64,000 nt of DNA from Flavobacteriales bacterium (GTDB lineage Bacteria; Bacteroidota; Bacteroidia; Palsa-965). The stretch spans positions 66,842 to 130,841 of the forward strand of contig JBEIPA010000015.1 in NCBI GenBank assembly GCA_040377305.1. The letters run 5' to 3'. Below are positions 44,130 through 53,145 of this stretch, in pieces; position 1 is the stretch's first letter, and each line of letters starts with the position of its first letter. The notes below the pieces were generated by a model, which searched no databases, was not told the origin of the DNA, and worked only from the letters and a program-made list of their open reading frames with translations. Position numbers and translations under genes: made by a program.

Positions 44130-44507
44130 CTACTGAATGCCTGCCAGCATCTTATCGCTCAGATCGCCGATTAACGGAAGTTTCTTCGCTTTGCCGTTAG
44201 CCGCGTTTACGATACCGAGAATCACAAAAACCAAAAGTGAAATCTGAATCACTGGCAGTAGGACCCACAAAAACCACATGAACCAACCAATAGCTGTGAG
44301 GACCAGAATCGCTCCAACACCGAAGATGAAAAGACCGAGCGCCTGACGAATGTGAAAAGCTCCATACTTTGTCTTCTCAGACTGGTGCATGATGATCGCA
44401 ATAATGAATCCGATCAATGTGCAGTAAGCAAGAATTGCGATTGTTTTCCCTTTGTTTATGTCTTCAATGGGAATGATAGGATCAGCACTCGGGTTGTTGT
44501 AGTTCAT
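44130..44507 (-). CDS. DUF4870-like membrane protein
   Basis: GKTIAILAY...IGFIIA, FHIRQALGL, ILGIVNAANG...LPLIG; TATCTTTG at 44521-44528 upstream. Confidence 0.85.
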   Translation of the reverse strand: MNYNNPSADPIIPIEDINKGKTIAILAYCTLIGFIIAIIMHQSEKTKYGAFHIRQALGLFIFGVGAILVLTAIGWFMWFLWVLLPVIQISLLVFVILGIVNAANGKAKKLPLIGDLSDKMLAGIQ

Positions 44508-44551
44508 GGGAGTTTTTTTTCAAAGATACGATTTCGGGTAGGTCCGGTTAG

Positions 44552-44647
44552 GGCATTGGGGCATTAAGGCATTGGGGCATTAAGGCATTGGGGCAATAAG
44601 GCATTGGGGCAATAAGGCATTGGGGCATTAAGGCATTGGGGCATTAA
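44552..44647. repeat. Tandem repeat, 6 x 16 bp GGCATTGGGGCA(T/A)TAA
   Basis: Six contiguous units counted directly, followed by a degenerate seventh. Confidence 0.95.
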
Positions 44648-44715
44648 GGGATTGGGACTGTTCAGCATCAGGGAATAGCTTAATTACCAAATTGTCTTTT
44701 CACGTGTTAGTCTAT

Positions 44716-44775
44716 ATGCCTATTAGCCCAGTGCCCCAATGCCCAATTTCCCCAATGCCCCAATGCCCCAATGCC
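44716..44775. repeat. Complementary octamer arm (ATGCCCCA)n
   Basis: gtgcccca atgccca atttcccca atgcccca atgcccca atgcc is the reverse complement of the TGGGGCAT core. Confidence 0.85.
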
Positions 44776-44814
44776 TTTTTTCCTAATTTAGTCCCTCATT
44801 AGTAAAGCTATTCT

Positions 44815-45270
44815 ATGTCCAATCCTCCACCATTTCCACCACCGAATACACCACCACCACCTCCGGGCGGACCTAATAATCCGTATGGCAATAATCCCTA
44901 CGGTCAGAATCCGTACGGTAATAATCCATACAACAATCCGTATCAGCAGAATCCTATGGGCATGCAGCGGGATGTGCCTAACGCTACAGCGATTCTTGTG
45001 CTGGGGATTGTTTCAATCGTTGGTTGTTTCTGCTACGGTATCATTGGCTTGGGTTGCGGCATCGCAGCACTGATTATGGCAAGCAAAGCTATGCAGGAGT
45101 ATAATCAGAATCCTAGCATGTTTAAGGTTTCCTCTTATAACAACGCGAAGGCAGGACGAATTTGTGCAATTATTGGAACAATTATTTCAGGTTTAACATC
45201 CCTGTGGTGGATCTGCCTGGTGGTTTTAGGAATTGGTGGATCTTATTATAGCAATCCATATAACTGGTAA
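44815..45270 (+). CDS. CCC-motif / DUF4190-like membrane protein with P/N/Y-rich N-terminus
   Basis: PNATAILVLGIVSIVGCFCYGIIG...Y..NP......NAKAGRICAIIG; NNPYG repeats. Confidence 0.85.
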   Translation: MSNPPPFPPPNTPPPPPGGPNNPYGNNPYGQNPYGNNPYNNPYQQNPMGMQRDVPNATAILVLGIVSIVGCFCYGIIGLGCGIAALIMASKAMQEYNQNPSMFKVSSYNNAKAGRICAIIGTIISGLTSLWWICLVVLGIGGSYYSNPYNW

Positions 45271-45275
45271 CCGAA

Positions 45276-45581
45276 ATGAGTTGGATCGATTGGATCGAGC
45301 AGCACTTGTTACCTTGTCCGAGTAAATCTTTGTTCGGATTGGACTGCCCGGGATGCGGAATGCAACGATCGATGGTGGATTTGTTGAAAGGTAATTTCAC
45401 CGACAGTCTCAAAACGTATCCGGCGTTGATTCCGATTCTGATCACGCTTGTGTTTTTAGGATTGCATTTGCGCTACAAATTCAAGTATGGTTCAACCACA
45501 TTGCAATACGCGTATATTTTTTCAATGCTCATCGTAGTCACATCCTACGTAATAAAACAAGTTCAATTTTTCAATCCGTAA
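45276..45581 (+). CDS. DUF2752 family membrane protein
   Basis: PCPSKSLFGLDCPGCGMQRS...GNF..S...YP. Confidence 0.9.
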   Translation: MSWIDWIEQHLLPCPSKSLFGLDCPGCGMQRSMVDLLKGNFTDSLKTYPALIPILITLVFLGLHLRYKFKYGSTTLQYAYIFSMLIVVTSYVIKQVQFFNP

Positions 45582-45594
45582 AAAAACCGACAAC

Positions 45595-46050
45595 ATGGAA
45601 AACACAAACCCACCAATGCCACCTCCACCACCTCCGACCGGCAATCAGAATCCAAATTATCAACAGCAGAACCCAAATTATCAGCAGCAGAATCCAAACT
45701 TTCAGCAGCAACAAGGCTATCAGCAGAATTATCAGCAGATGCCTCCCGGTGGATACCAACAGCAGCCGTTTGGTACACAAATGGATCATCCAAAGGCAAG
45801 CACCATTCAAACACTTGGAATCGTTGGATTAATTCTTACTTTCCTCTTGGGGATTGTAGGCTTGATTCTGAACATTATTGCTCTCTCAATGAGCGGTGGA
45901 GTACTTTCTGAAATTGATAACAATCCTGGCCGTTACTCAGATGTGTCGAGAAGAAAAGTGAAAAGCGGTCGTACCTGCGCAATCATTGGTCTAAGTATTC
46001 AGGCTTTCGTAGTGGTCGTACTTGTATTAGTTTTACTTGCGAACGGTTAG
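45595..46050 (+). CDS. CCC-motif / DUF4190-like membrane protein with Q/N/Y-rich N-terminus
   Basis: QQQNPNY repeats; LGIVGL...NNPGRY...KSGRTCAIIG. Confidence 0.8.
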   Translation: MENTNPPMPPPPPPTGNQNPNYQQQNPNYQQQNPNFQQQQGYQQNYQQMPPGGYQQQPFGTQMDHPKASTIQTLGIVGLILTFLLGIVGLILNIIALSMSGGVLSEIDNNPGRYSDVSRRKVKSGRTCAIIGLSIQAFVVVVLVLVLLANG

Positions 46051-46058
46051 AAATTGAA

Positions 46059-46433
46059 ATGATGCAACAACAACAACCAACCGGTTACAACAATCCTTAT
46101 CCGCCACCTCCGGGTGGTGGATATCAACCTTTCAATCACGGTCAGGGCTTTGGTATTCCAACCGATGTTCCAGGAGCCGGTAGTGCACAGATCTGCGGCA
46201 TTATCGGATTGATTTTATTCTTCAACATAGTCGGAATTGTACTCAACATTGTGGCAATTGTGCAAGGTGCAAAAGCAATGACCGAGTACACCAACAATCC
46301 CGGTCGTTACACCGAAGCATCTTTCCGTAAAGCGAAAAGCGGCAAGACGTGTGGTATCGTCGGCTTGTGTTTATTCGGATTCGGCATCATTGTGTTTGTG
46401 ATGTTCATGTTAGCGTTTGCATCTAGTTTTTAG
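46059..46433 (+). CDS. CCC-motif / DUF4190-like membrane protein, third paralog
   Basis: Q/P/G/Y N-terminus; AMTEYTNNPGRY...KSGKTCGIVG. Confidence 0.8.
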   Translation: MMQQQQPTGYNNPYPPPPGGGYQPFNHGQGFGIPTDVPGAGSAQICGIIGLILFFNIVGIVLNIVAIVQGAKAMTEYTNNPGRYTEASFRKAKSGKTCGIVGLCLFGFGIIVFVMFMLAFASSF

Positions 46434-47951
46434 ATGAAGATTCTTTCCGCTACACAAATCAGAGAGGCTGATCTTTACACGATACAGAATGAGCCCGTTT
46501 CATCAGCTAATCTGATGGAGCGGGCTTCTCGTTTGTGTACGGAGTGGTTGTTGAAGAAATTCGATGAGCAATATGCATTTCTCATTGTGTGTGGCAATGG
46601 CAATAATGGTGGAGATGGACTCTGCATTGCTCGTCAGCTGCATGACGCCGGCAGAAATGTGGAAGTCAAAATTATTCATCCTGCGAAAGAAGACAGTGCC
46701 GATTTCACGCACAACCTGGAGCGTTTAAAGAACACAACAGTTGTGGTCGATGAATTCACGGCGACGTTCTCGTTGCGAAATAATCTGAACACACAGAAAA
46801 TCGTTCTCATCGATGCCATTTTTGGTTCAGGATTAACGCGTGAAGCTTCTGGATTATCTGCTGAAGCAATCGCTGCAATGAATAATGCGCCGTTTACGCG
46901 AATCGCAATTGACATTCCTTCCGGATTATTCTGCGATGATAATTCAGCGAGTTCAGGTGATCATGTTCTGCGCGCTGAATATACTTTGACGTTTCAGTTT
47001 CCGAAACTGGCGTTCATGTTTGCTGAAAATGCACAATTCGTAGGCGAGTTTCACCTATTGGACATTGCACTGCATCCTACTTTTCTTGCGGATGCCCAAA
47101 CGAATTTTCATTACGTCACACACAAAGGAGTTAAGCAGATTCTCGCCGACCGTTCGAAGTTCGCACACAAGGGCACATACGGTCACGCTTTGATCGTTGC
47201 GGGCTCGGAAGGAAAAACCGGCGCTGCTGTTCTCTGTTCGCGTGCAGCCTTGCGTTCAGGCGCAGGACTGGTAACTGCATTTGTTCCGAAAGTAAGTCGT
47301 GATGTAATGCAGGAAGCTGTTCCGGAAGCGATGACTATAACTGCCGACGAAGAGAAATTCATTAGTGGTCACATTCCTGCTTCGAAGTTTAACGCGATAG
47401 GAGTAGGACCAGGATTAGGAACTGATGCGCTTACTGCAAATTCACTCAAGACACTGATCGGTGAACAACAAGTGCAAATGGTTTGGGATGCCGATGCCCT
47501 GAATATTCTTGCGGAGAACAAAACGTGGCTTTCATTTATGCCCGCGCAAACTGTTCTAACGCCTCATCCGGGTGAATTCGATCGGCTTACGCAAAAGCAT
47601 TCTTCCGGTTTCGAACGAATGAAGTCGCAACTGGAATTCGCGGTGAGATACAATGTGATTGTCGTGCTGAAAGGTGCGCATACCTCGATCGCATTGCCGG
47701 ACGGAACGGTGTATTTCAATTCAACAGGCAATCCCGGAATGGCAACCGGAGGAAGTGGCGATGTACTGACAGGAGTAATAACCGCATTGCTTGCGCAAGG
47801 ATATTCACCTGTTCATGCTTCTGTGGCTGGTGTGTATCTGCATGGTTTGGCTGGAGATCTGGCCGCATCGGTACAAGGAATGCATTCGATGATTGCAGGC
47901 GATATCATTGAGAATCTGGGCGGAGCTTACCGTATGATTCTGGAAAATTAG
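46434..47951 (+). CDS. nnr: Bifunctional NAD(P)H-hydrate epimerase/dehydratase (YjeF/Nnr)
   Basis: GNGNNGGDG, DAIFGSG, DIPSG, HKGTYG, GPGLG, DADALN, TPHPGE, ATGGSGDVL. Confidence 0.96.
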   Translation: MKILSATQIREADLYTIQNEPVSSANLMERASRLCTEWLLKKFDEQYAFLIVCGNGNNGGDGLCIARQLHDAGRNVEVKIIHPAKEDSADFTHNLERLKNTTVVVDEFTATFSLRNNLNTQKIVLIDAIFGSGLTREASGLSAEAIAAMNNAPFTRIAIDIPSGLFCDDNSASSGDHVLRAEYTLTFQFPKLAFMFAENAQFVGEFHLLDIALHPTFLADAQTNFHYVTHKGVKQILADRSKFAHKGTYGHALIVAGSEGKTGAAVLCSRAALRSGAGLVTAFVPKVSRDVMQEAVPEAMTITADEEKFISGHIPASKFNAIGVGPGLGTDALTANSLKTLIGEQQVQMVWDADALNILAENKTWLSFMPAQTVLTPHPGEFDRLTQKHSSGFERMKSQLEFAVRYNVIVVLKGAHTSIALPDGTVYFNSTGNPGMATGGSGDVLTGVITALLAQGYSPVHASVAGVYLHGLAGDLAASVQGMHSMIAGDIIENLGGAYRMILEN

Positions 47952-47953
47952 AT

Positions 47954-48298
47954 TTACCACCCAAGCAGGTCAACGAAACCCCACAGAACCATTCCGGAAC
48001 CAAGTACAGATGGAATATAGATTGCCATCCGCGATGCATTAGCGGAATCCTGCAGAGCTATCACAAGCACAAAACCAAAGACCAATAGGACTGCACCGAT
48101 AATGCAAAGGATAACACCGCGACTTCTGCGTTGAGCGAACTTCAGTTCACGGATAGACTTCATGATTGCGTCAATCTCGGATTCACTTTTCGATTTGGAG
48201 AGTAAATTCTCGCGGATGTTTTCCAAATCAATTCCGCTTTTCAGCATACGAATCCCTTCTTGTAGCAAAGAGTCGTTATTCTCAGGTGGGGTTGTCAT
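47954..48298 (-). CDS. Small hypothetical membrane protein (helical N-terminus plus 2 TM)
   Basis: ORF fills the gap between nnr and pepT; two hydrophobic helices; start at ATG 48298. Confidence 0.7.
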   Translation of the reverse strand: MTTPPENNDSLLQEGIRMLKSGIDLENIRENLLSKSKSESEIDAIMKSIRELKFAQRRSRGVILCIIGAVLLVFGFVLVIALQDSANASRMAIYIPSVLGSGMVLWGFVDLLGW

Positions 48299-48445
48299 GA
48301 GCGATAAGTTGTTCGCGTAAGTTAAAACGATCCTGAAAAACACCAATCGAAACTGATAACAATCAGTTCAGTGTCAAGCCTCACCGTGTTCTCCCGCTAT
48401 GGAAACGAACTTTTGCCGTAATTTCACGGAACAAACAATCACATT

Positions 48446-49687
48446 ATGTCCTTCAACTATACCGTTACCGATCGCTTTCTCAAATACGTTAAGATTGACA
48501 CACAATCTGATCCGACTTCTCCGACTTGTCCTTCAACGATGAAGCAGAAGGATCTCGGGAAAGTTCTCGTGGAAGAATTACTTGAGATGGGTGTTTCTGA
48601 TGCACACCTCGACGAACACGGATATGTTTACGCGACAATTCCTTCGAATACAGACAAGAATGTACCTGTGATTTGTTTCTGCTCGCACATGGACACATCA
48701 CCCGATTGTACCGGTGAAAATGTGAAGCCTCAGCTTTGGGCGAACTACGACGGCAAAGACATCGTTCTTCCCGGCGATACATCCCAGGTAATACGTTTTG
48801 CTGAGCATCCGGATCTTGCAACGCAAATTGGCAATACAGTGATCACAACAGACGGTACAACATTGCTTGGTGCCGACAACAAATCAGGCGTTGCTGAAAT
48901 TATGGACGCTGCTTATCAGCTCATCAATAATCCTACAATCAAGCACGGGACGATCCGCATCCTGTTTACTCCCGACGAAGAAATTGGTCGCGGTGTTGAC
49001 AAAGCAGATATGAAAAAGCTCGGTGCCGACTTCGGTTACACGATGGACGGCGCAACAGCAGGTCACATTGAAGATGAAACGTTCTCTGCTGACGGAGCAA
49101 AAATTACCATTCAAGGTGTGAGTACGCATCCGGGATTTGCGAAAGGAAAAATGGAGCACGCTTCGAAGATTGCAGCCCGAATTATTGAGCGTCTTCCACA
49201 GGATAATTACACTCCGGAAACGACTGAAGGCAAAGAGCCTTTTTTGCATCCAACCGGAATTTCAGGTTCACTCGATACCGCGACTATCAATTTTATTATC
49301 CGTGCGTTTTCAGAAGCGCGTTTGCAGGAGATGACAGACATTCTCCGTACAACGGCAGATTCGGTGATCAAAGAATTTCCAAATTCATCTTACAAACTGG
49401 AAATTCATGAACAGTACCGCAACATGAAAACGATTCTCGATCAGCATCCGCAGGTTGTTGCTTATGCAATGGAAGCGATTAAGCAGGCCGGACTTACTCC
49501 TGTGCAATCGAGTATTCGCGGCGGCACAGATGGCTCCCGACTTTCATTCATGGGATTGCCTTGTCCGAATATTTTCGCAGGCGAACACGCATTTCATTCC
49601 CGACTCGAGTGGGTGAGCAAAGAAGATATGGAGCGCGCGGTTGACGTGATTGTGAATCTTGTGCAGATCTGGGAACAAAAATCATAG
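48446..49687 (+). CDS. pepT: Peptidase T (M20B tripeptidase)
   Basis: RFLKYVKIDTQS, HMDTSPD, LGADNK, TPDEEIG, RGGTDG, PCPNIFAG..FHS. Confidence 0.96.
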   Translation: MSFNYTVTDRFLKYVKIDTQSDPTSPTCPSTMKQKDLGKVLVEELLEMGVSDAHLDEHGYVYATIPSNTDKNVPVICFCSHMDTSPDCTGENVKPQLWANYDGKDIVLPGDTSQVIRFAEHPDLATQIGNTVITTDGTTLLGADNKSGVAEIMDAAYQLINNPTIKHGTIRILFTPDEEIGRGVDKADMKKLGADFGYTMDGATAGHIEDETFSADGAKITIQGVSTHPGFAKGKMEHASKIAARIIERLPQDNYTPETTEGKEPFLHPTGISGSLDTATINFIIRAFSEARLQEMTDILRTTADSVIKEFPNSSYKLEIHEQYRNMKTILDQHPQVVAYAMEAIKQAGLTPVQSSIRGGTDGSRLSFMGLPCPNIFAGEHAFHSRLEWVSKEDMERAVDVIVNLVQIWEQKS

Positions 49688-49698
49688 TCGATCTAAGT

Positions 49699-49826
49699 AA
49701 TTCGAAAATTCGAGATTCGAAAATTTGAAGATAACAGCGTAGTAAATAAAAAGTCCGTTCATGTTGAACGGACTTTTTCAATTGTATGCTATATACGAAT
49801 CTTCAAATTTTCAAATCTTCGAATCT
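49699..49826. repeat. Facing TTCGAAAA and ATCTTCAA repeat arms enclosing a terminator
   Basis: aattcgaaa attcgag attcgaaa atttgaag at ... cgaatcttc aaattttc aaatcttc gaatc. Confidence 0.75.
49748..49778. terminator. Bidirectional intrinsic terminator
   Basis: AAAAAGTCCGTTCA-TGT-TGAACGGACTTTTT, a perfect 14-bp stem between convergent genes. Confidence 0.9.
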
Positions 49827-50803
49827 TACCATTTTGGTCTTATCACGCGAACCAATTTCCCGTCTTTCCACACCAGGCGACCTCTGCGGTTCGGGCCGTA
49901 TTTTGTTCCGTACTTCTTGTTGCGATTCTTGAGATCGTAACGGCGATTGTGAAAATCATCGCTATGTGACATGAAAGCATAACTGAATTCCACACTCGAA
50001 GTGAGGTATGAATCGTTGTGGTTTGAGTCTCCACGTTTATTACCGGGAGTAAAATTTTCAGCGAAGTCTGGCGAGACCGATGGAAGTTCATCCGTACGAT
50101 TTGCCAATTCAACCGAAAGCGCATTCGGTAATAAAGTAGGATCGGCATACGTTGTAGAAACGTCATCCAGGTAGTCGGTGAATGTGGTACGCCACGTGAG
50201 ATCAAATCCGATTCGGAACTGCTTGTCGAACGTGAAACAGAATCCACCGGTTGCAGGAATCACCGCAGTAAATCGGGAATACTCCACACCTTCTGTTGTC
50301 AACGGACGCAATTCAACCACTTCACCATTATAAACTGTTGTCGGATTGTGGTAAGCAACTCCTGCACCCAGACCGATGTACATTCTGAAGTTGTCTTCGT
50401 GGCGGAACGATCGTCCAAGGCCATACACTTCATAGAAAATATATTGTCCTTGTGCACTGAGTTCGAAAACATCATTGCGGAAGTTCAGGTTACGTGCATT
50501 GCGTGCAGGATTCTCCGAAAGTTTATCATCACCGGAAATTCTTGCCCAGGCAAGTGTTCCTTTCACTGCAAAATGTTTATGGAAGCGATAGCGGAAGAAT
50601 GCAGCAGTGGTCATGCGCGTTTCTGAAAGCTTCATGTCAGCAACAAAATCGCGACGGGTTGAATATCCACCACCAATATCACCGAGGTAGTTAGAAACAC
50701 CGACTGAAAAACCGGCATCCATATTATACTGTGCATTGGCTGCGCACCCGATAAGGAGTCCGGCAACAACTAACGACTTTCGAAGGATAGTACGTGTTTG
50801 CAT
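49826..50803 (-). CDS. DUF6089-like outer-membrane beta-barrel protein
   Basis: Signal peptide; NYLGDIG, RNLNFRN, RTTFTDYLDDVS, RGD...NDSY. Confidence 0.8.
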   Translation of the reverse strand: MQTRTILRKSLVVAGLLIGCAANAQYNMDAGFSVGVSNYLGDIGGGYSTRRDFVADMKLSETRMTTAAFFRYRFHKHFAVKGTLAWARISGDDKLSENPARNARNLNFRNDVFELSAQGQYIFYEVYGLGRSFRHEDNFRMYIGLGAGVAYHNPTTVYNGEVVELRPLTTEGVEYSRFTAVIPATGGFCFTFDKQFRIGFDLTWRTTFTDYLDDVSTTYADPTLLPNALSVELANRTDELPSVSPDFAENFTPGNKRGDSNHNDSYLTSSVEFSYAFMSHSDDFHNRRYDLKNRNKKYGTKYGPNRRGRLVWKDGKLVRVIRPKW

Positions 50804-50871
50804 TCGTGTAGGTTTTAGGCTTTTTACGAATATAGTGAACGTAGGTTACTGAGTGTTAGTAAGTTCCTAAA

Positions 50872-51021
50872 CAGTAGGCAGGGGGGCAGTAGGGCAGTAA
50901 GCAGTATCTCGGATATTCCGGAAAAACGAGGAAAATTCGGGTAAAAGGAAAGGGAATCCCGATGGAATTCCCTCTTATTATTTTTGGACTGCCGACTGCA
51001 CTACTGCAGCCTGCCTACTGA
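50872..51021. repeat. Facing heptamer arms (GGCAGTA and ACTGCCG types) around a terminator
   Basis: cagtaggcag...ggcagtagggcagtaagcagt (50872-50905) versus gactgccgactgcactactgcagcctgcctactg (50987-51020). Confidence 0.75.
50943..50976 (-). terminator. Intrinsic terminator of the upstream DUF6089-like gene
   Basis: Minus strand GGGAATTCC-ATCG-GGATTCCC followed by TTTCCTTTT. Confidence 0.6.
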
Positions 51022-51022
51022 A

Positions 51023-51991
51023 TTAGAACTTAGCACGAACCTTCCGGCGCTTACCGTACTTATTCTTTCCTTTAAAAATGTTGCCGTATTTAGACTTGTA
51101 AATCGAGCTTTTGCCTCGGTAAACATAGCTGAACTCAACGCCTGTAGTGATGTATGAATCGTTGTGTGTTGGATCTCCGCGTTTGTTAAATTTCTGGTTG
51201 CCTTCAGGATCTGTATAAGTTCCGAAACCAAAATTGTTCCCCCAGTTGGTTCCGTAACCAGCCTGTAATCCGAATGCATTTGCTGCAGCGTGATCTGTTC
51301 TATCTGCCAAAGCTACTGCGTCCGCGTTAGGAAGACTTGCAGGATCGGCATATGTGGTGCTCACGTCATCGAGGTAGTCTGTGAAAGCAGTTCTCCAGGT
51401 AACATTCCAGCCAATGCGGTATTTCTTGTTAATGGTGAAATAAACTCCGGCACTTGCAGGAATAATGAAAGTTACTTTTGTGTAACGCACGCCTTCTGTA
51501 GTAAGTGGACGTAAATCAACCCACTCATCGTTGTACCATGCTTTCGGGTTGTGATAAACTGCACCAGCTCCTAAACCGATATAAGCACGGAAGTTGTCTT
51601 TGTAACGATAGGTGTGCCCTAAGTCGTTTACTTCATAGAAGAACCATTCAAATTCACCAAAAGCTTCAATCAGGTTATTCTTAAAATTCAGATTACGATA
51701 GTAGCGAGGTGCGTTTGTGCATAGGCTGTCAGCTCCACGAACAACTGCCCAGGAAACGTTACCCTTGATAGAGAACATGGGGTTGAGCTTGTATCGTACG
51801 AAGCCATTTAGCGCAGTACGCGTTTGAGTCAACTTCATATCCGCAACGAAATCGCGACGTGTAAGTTCTTCGCCACCCATTTCACCGAGGAAATTCGCAG
51901 CACCAAATCCGCCTCCGAATTCCCAATAATATTGAGCCTTCGCAAGCATTGGAGCCAGGATCAAAACAGCAATTACGACGAGTTTTTTCAT
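51023..51991 (-). CDS. DUF6089-like outer-membrane beta-barrel protein
   Basis: Signal peptide; NFLGEMG, RNLNFKN, RTAFTDYLDDVS, RGD...NDSY; paralog of 49826..50803. Confidence 0.8.
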   Translation of the reverse strand: MKKLVVIAVLILAPMLAKAQYYWEFGGGFGAANFLGEMGGEELTRRDFVADMKLTQTRTALNGFVRYKLNPMFSIKGNVSWAVVRGADSLCTNAPRYYRNLNFKNNLIEAFGEFEWFFYEVNDLGHTYRYKDNFRAYIGLGAGAVYHNPKAWYNDEWVDLRPLTTEGVRYTKVTFIIPASAGVYFTINKKYRIGWNVTWRTAFTDYLDDVSTTYADPASLPNADAVALADRTDHAAANAFGLQAGYGTNWGNNFGFGTYTDPEGNQKFNKRGDPTHNDSYITTGVEFSYVYRGKSSIYKSKYGNIFKGKNKYGKRRKVRAKF

Positions 51992-52156
51992 GCCTTGACT
52001 TTTTACACTTTACTAATCCTACGAAAGTAGTAAAAATCGGGCAATTAGGCAATTAGGCTCTGTGGAATTTGGCCTTGCGACGTAATATTACTCTGGTGAT
52101 TCACCTTCACCCAAATGCCATTGTGCCCTAATGCCTGATTCCCCATTCCTAATCCC

Positions 52157-52164
52157 TAAATTTG
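52157..52164 (+). promoter_or_regulatory. Bacteroidota -7 promoter element TAAATTTG
   Basis: Consensus match 10 nt before ATG 52175, at the end of a repeat arm. Confidence 0.6.
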
Positions 52165-52174
52165 AGCCCTTCCT

Positions 52175-53113
52175 ATGAAAACACGCATCACCGAACTTTT
52201 CGGAATTCAGTTTCCCATTATTCAGGCGGGTATGATCTGGTGTAGCGGATGGCGTTTGGCTGCCGCTGTGAGCAATGCCGGTGGACTAGGCATTATCGGT
52301 GCTGGTTCAATGTATCCGGATGTCCTTCGTGAACACCTTCAGAAATGTAAGGCTGCAACCGACAAGCCATTCGCGGTGAACGTGCCTTTGCTGTATCCCG
52401 ACATTCAGAAATTGATGGACATCATTGTTGAAGAAGGAGTGAAGATTGTTTTCACTTCTGCAGGGAATCCAGCAACATGGACACCATTTCTCAAGGAGAA
52501 AGGCATAAAAGTCGTTCACGTAATTGCGAACAAGAAGTTTGCTTTGAAATGCGAAGCAGCAGGAGTTGATGCCATTGTCGCAGAAGGTTTTGAAGCCGGC
52601 GGACACAATGGTCGCGAGGAAACTACAACCTTGGTTTTGATTCCGATCATACGTGATGCGGTGAAAATTCCACTCATTGCAGCCGGCGGAATAGGAGACG
52701 GACGACAAATGCTTGCGGCGTTTGCATTAGGTGCAGAAGCTGTTCAGGTAGGAACACGTTTCGTTGCATCGAAGGAATCTTCAGCGCATGATCATTTCAA
52801 GAATGCTGTTGTGACCAGCAATGAAGGCGACACATTATTGACCATGAAGCAGCTTGTTCCTGTGCGATTGATGAAAAATAAATTCTTCACGGAAATCCAC
52901 AGTGCGGAATTGCGGGGTGCAAGTGTAGAAGAACAGAAACAACTTCTAGGTCGGGCGAGGGCAAAAAAAGGAATGTTTGAAGGCGATATGGAAGAAGGCG
53001 AACTGGAAATCGGGCAGGTGAGTGCGATGCTTGATGACGTGCTGCCTGCTGGTGAGATTGTGAAAAATATGATGCAGGAATTTGAGGTTGCACGGAAAAA
53101 GCTCACGACTTAA
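52175..53113 (+). CDS. Nitronate monooxygenase / FabK-like flavin oxidoreductase
   Basis: PIIQAGM, VSNAGGLG, EGFEAGGH, IAAGGIGDG, GAEAVQVGTRF. Confidence 0.9.
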   Translation: MKTRITELFGIQFPIIQAGMIWCSGWRLAAAVSNAGGLGIIGAGSMYPDVLREHLQKCKAATDKPFAVNVPLLYPDIQKLMDIIVEEGVKIVFTSAGNPATWTPFLKEKGIKVVHVIANKKFALKCEAAGVDAIVAEGFEAGGHNGREETTTLVLIPIIRDAVKIPLIAAGGIGDGRQMLAAFALGAEAVQVGTRFVASKESSAHDHFKNAVVTSNEGDTLLTMKQLVPVRLMKNKFFTEIHSAELRGASVEEQKQLLGRARAKKGMFEGDMEEGELEIGQVSAMLDDVLPAGEIVKNMMQEFEVARKKLTT

Positions 53114-53145
53114 TATTTTAAAACTTAGTTACTCAATACTTTCGA

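Noticed and set aside
44552-44647. CRISPR array
   Set aside because: The 16-bp units are contiguous with no unique spacers, and there are no cas genes in the window
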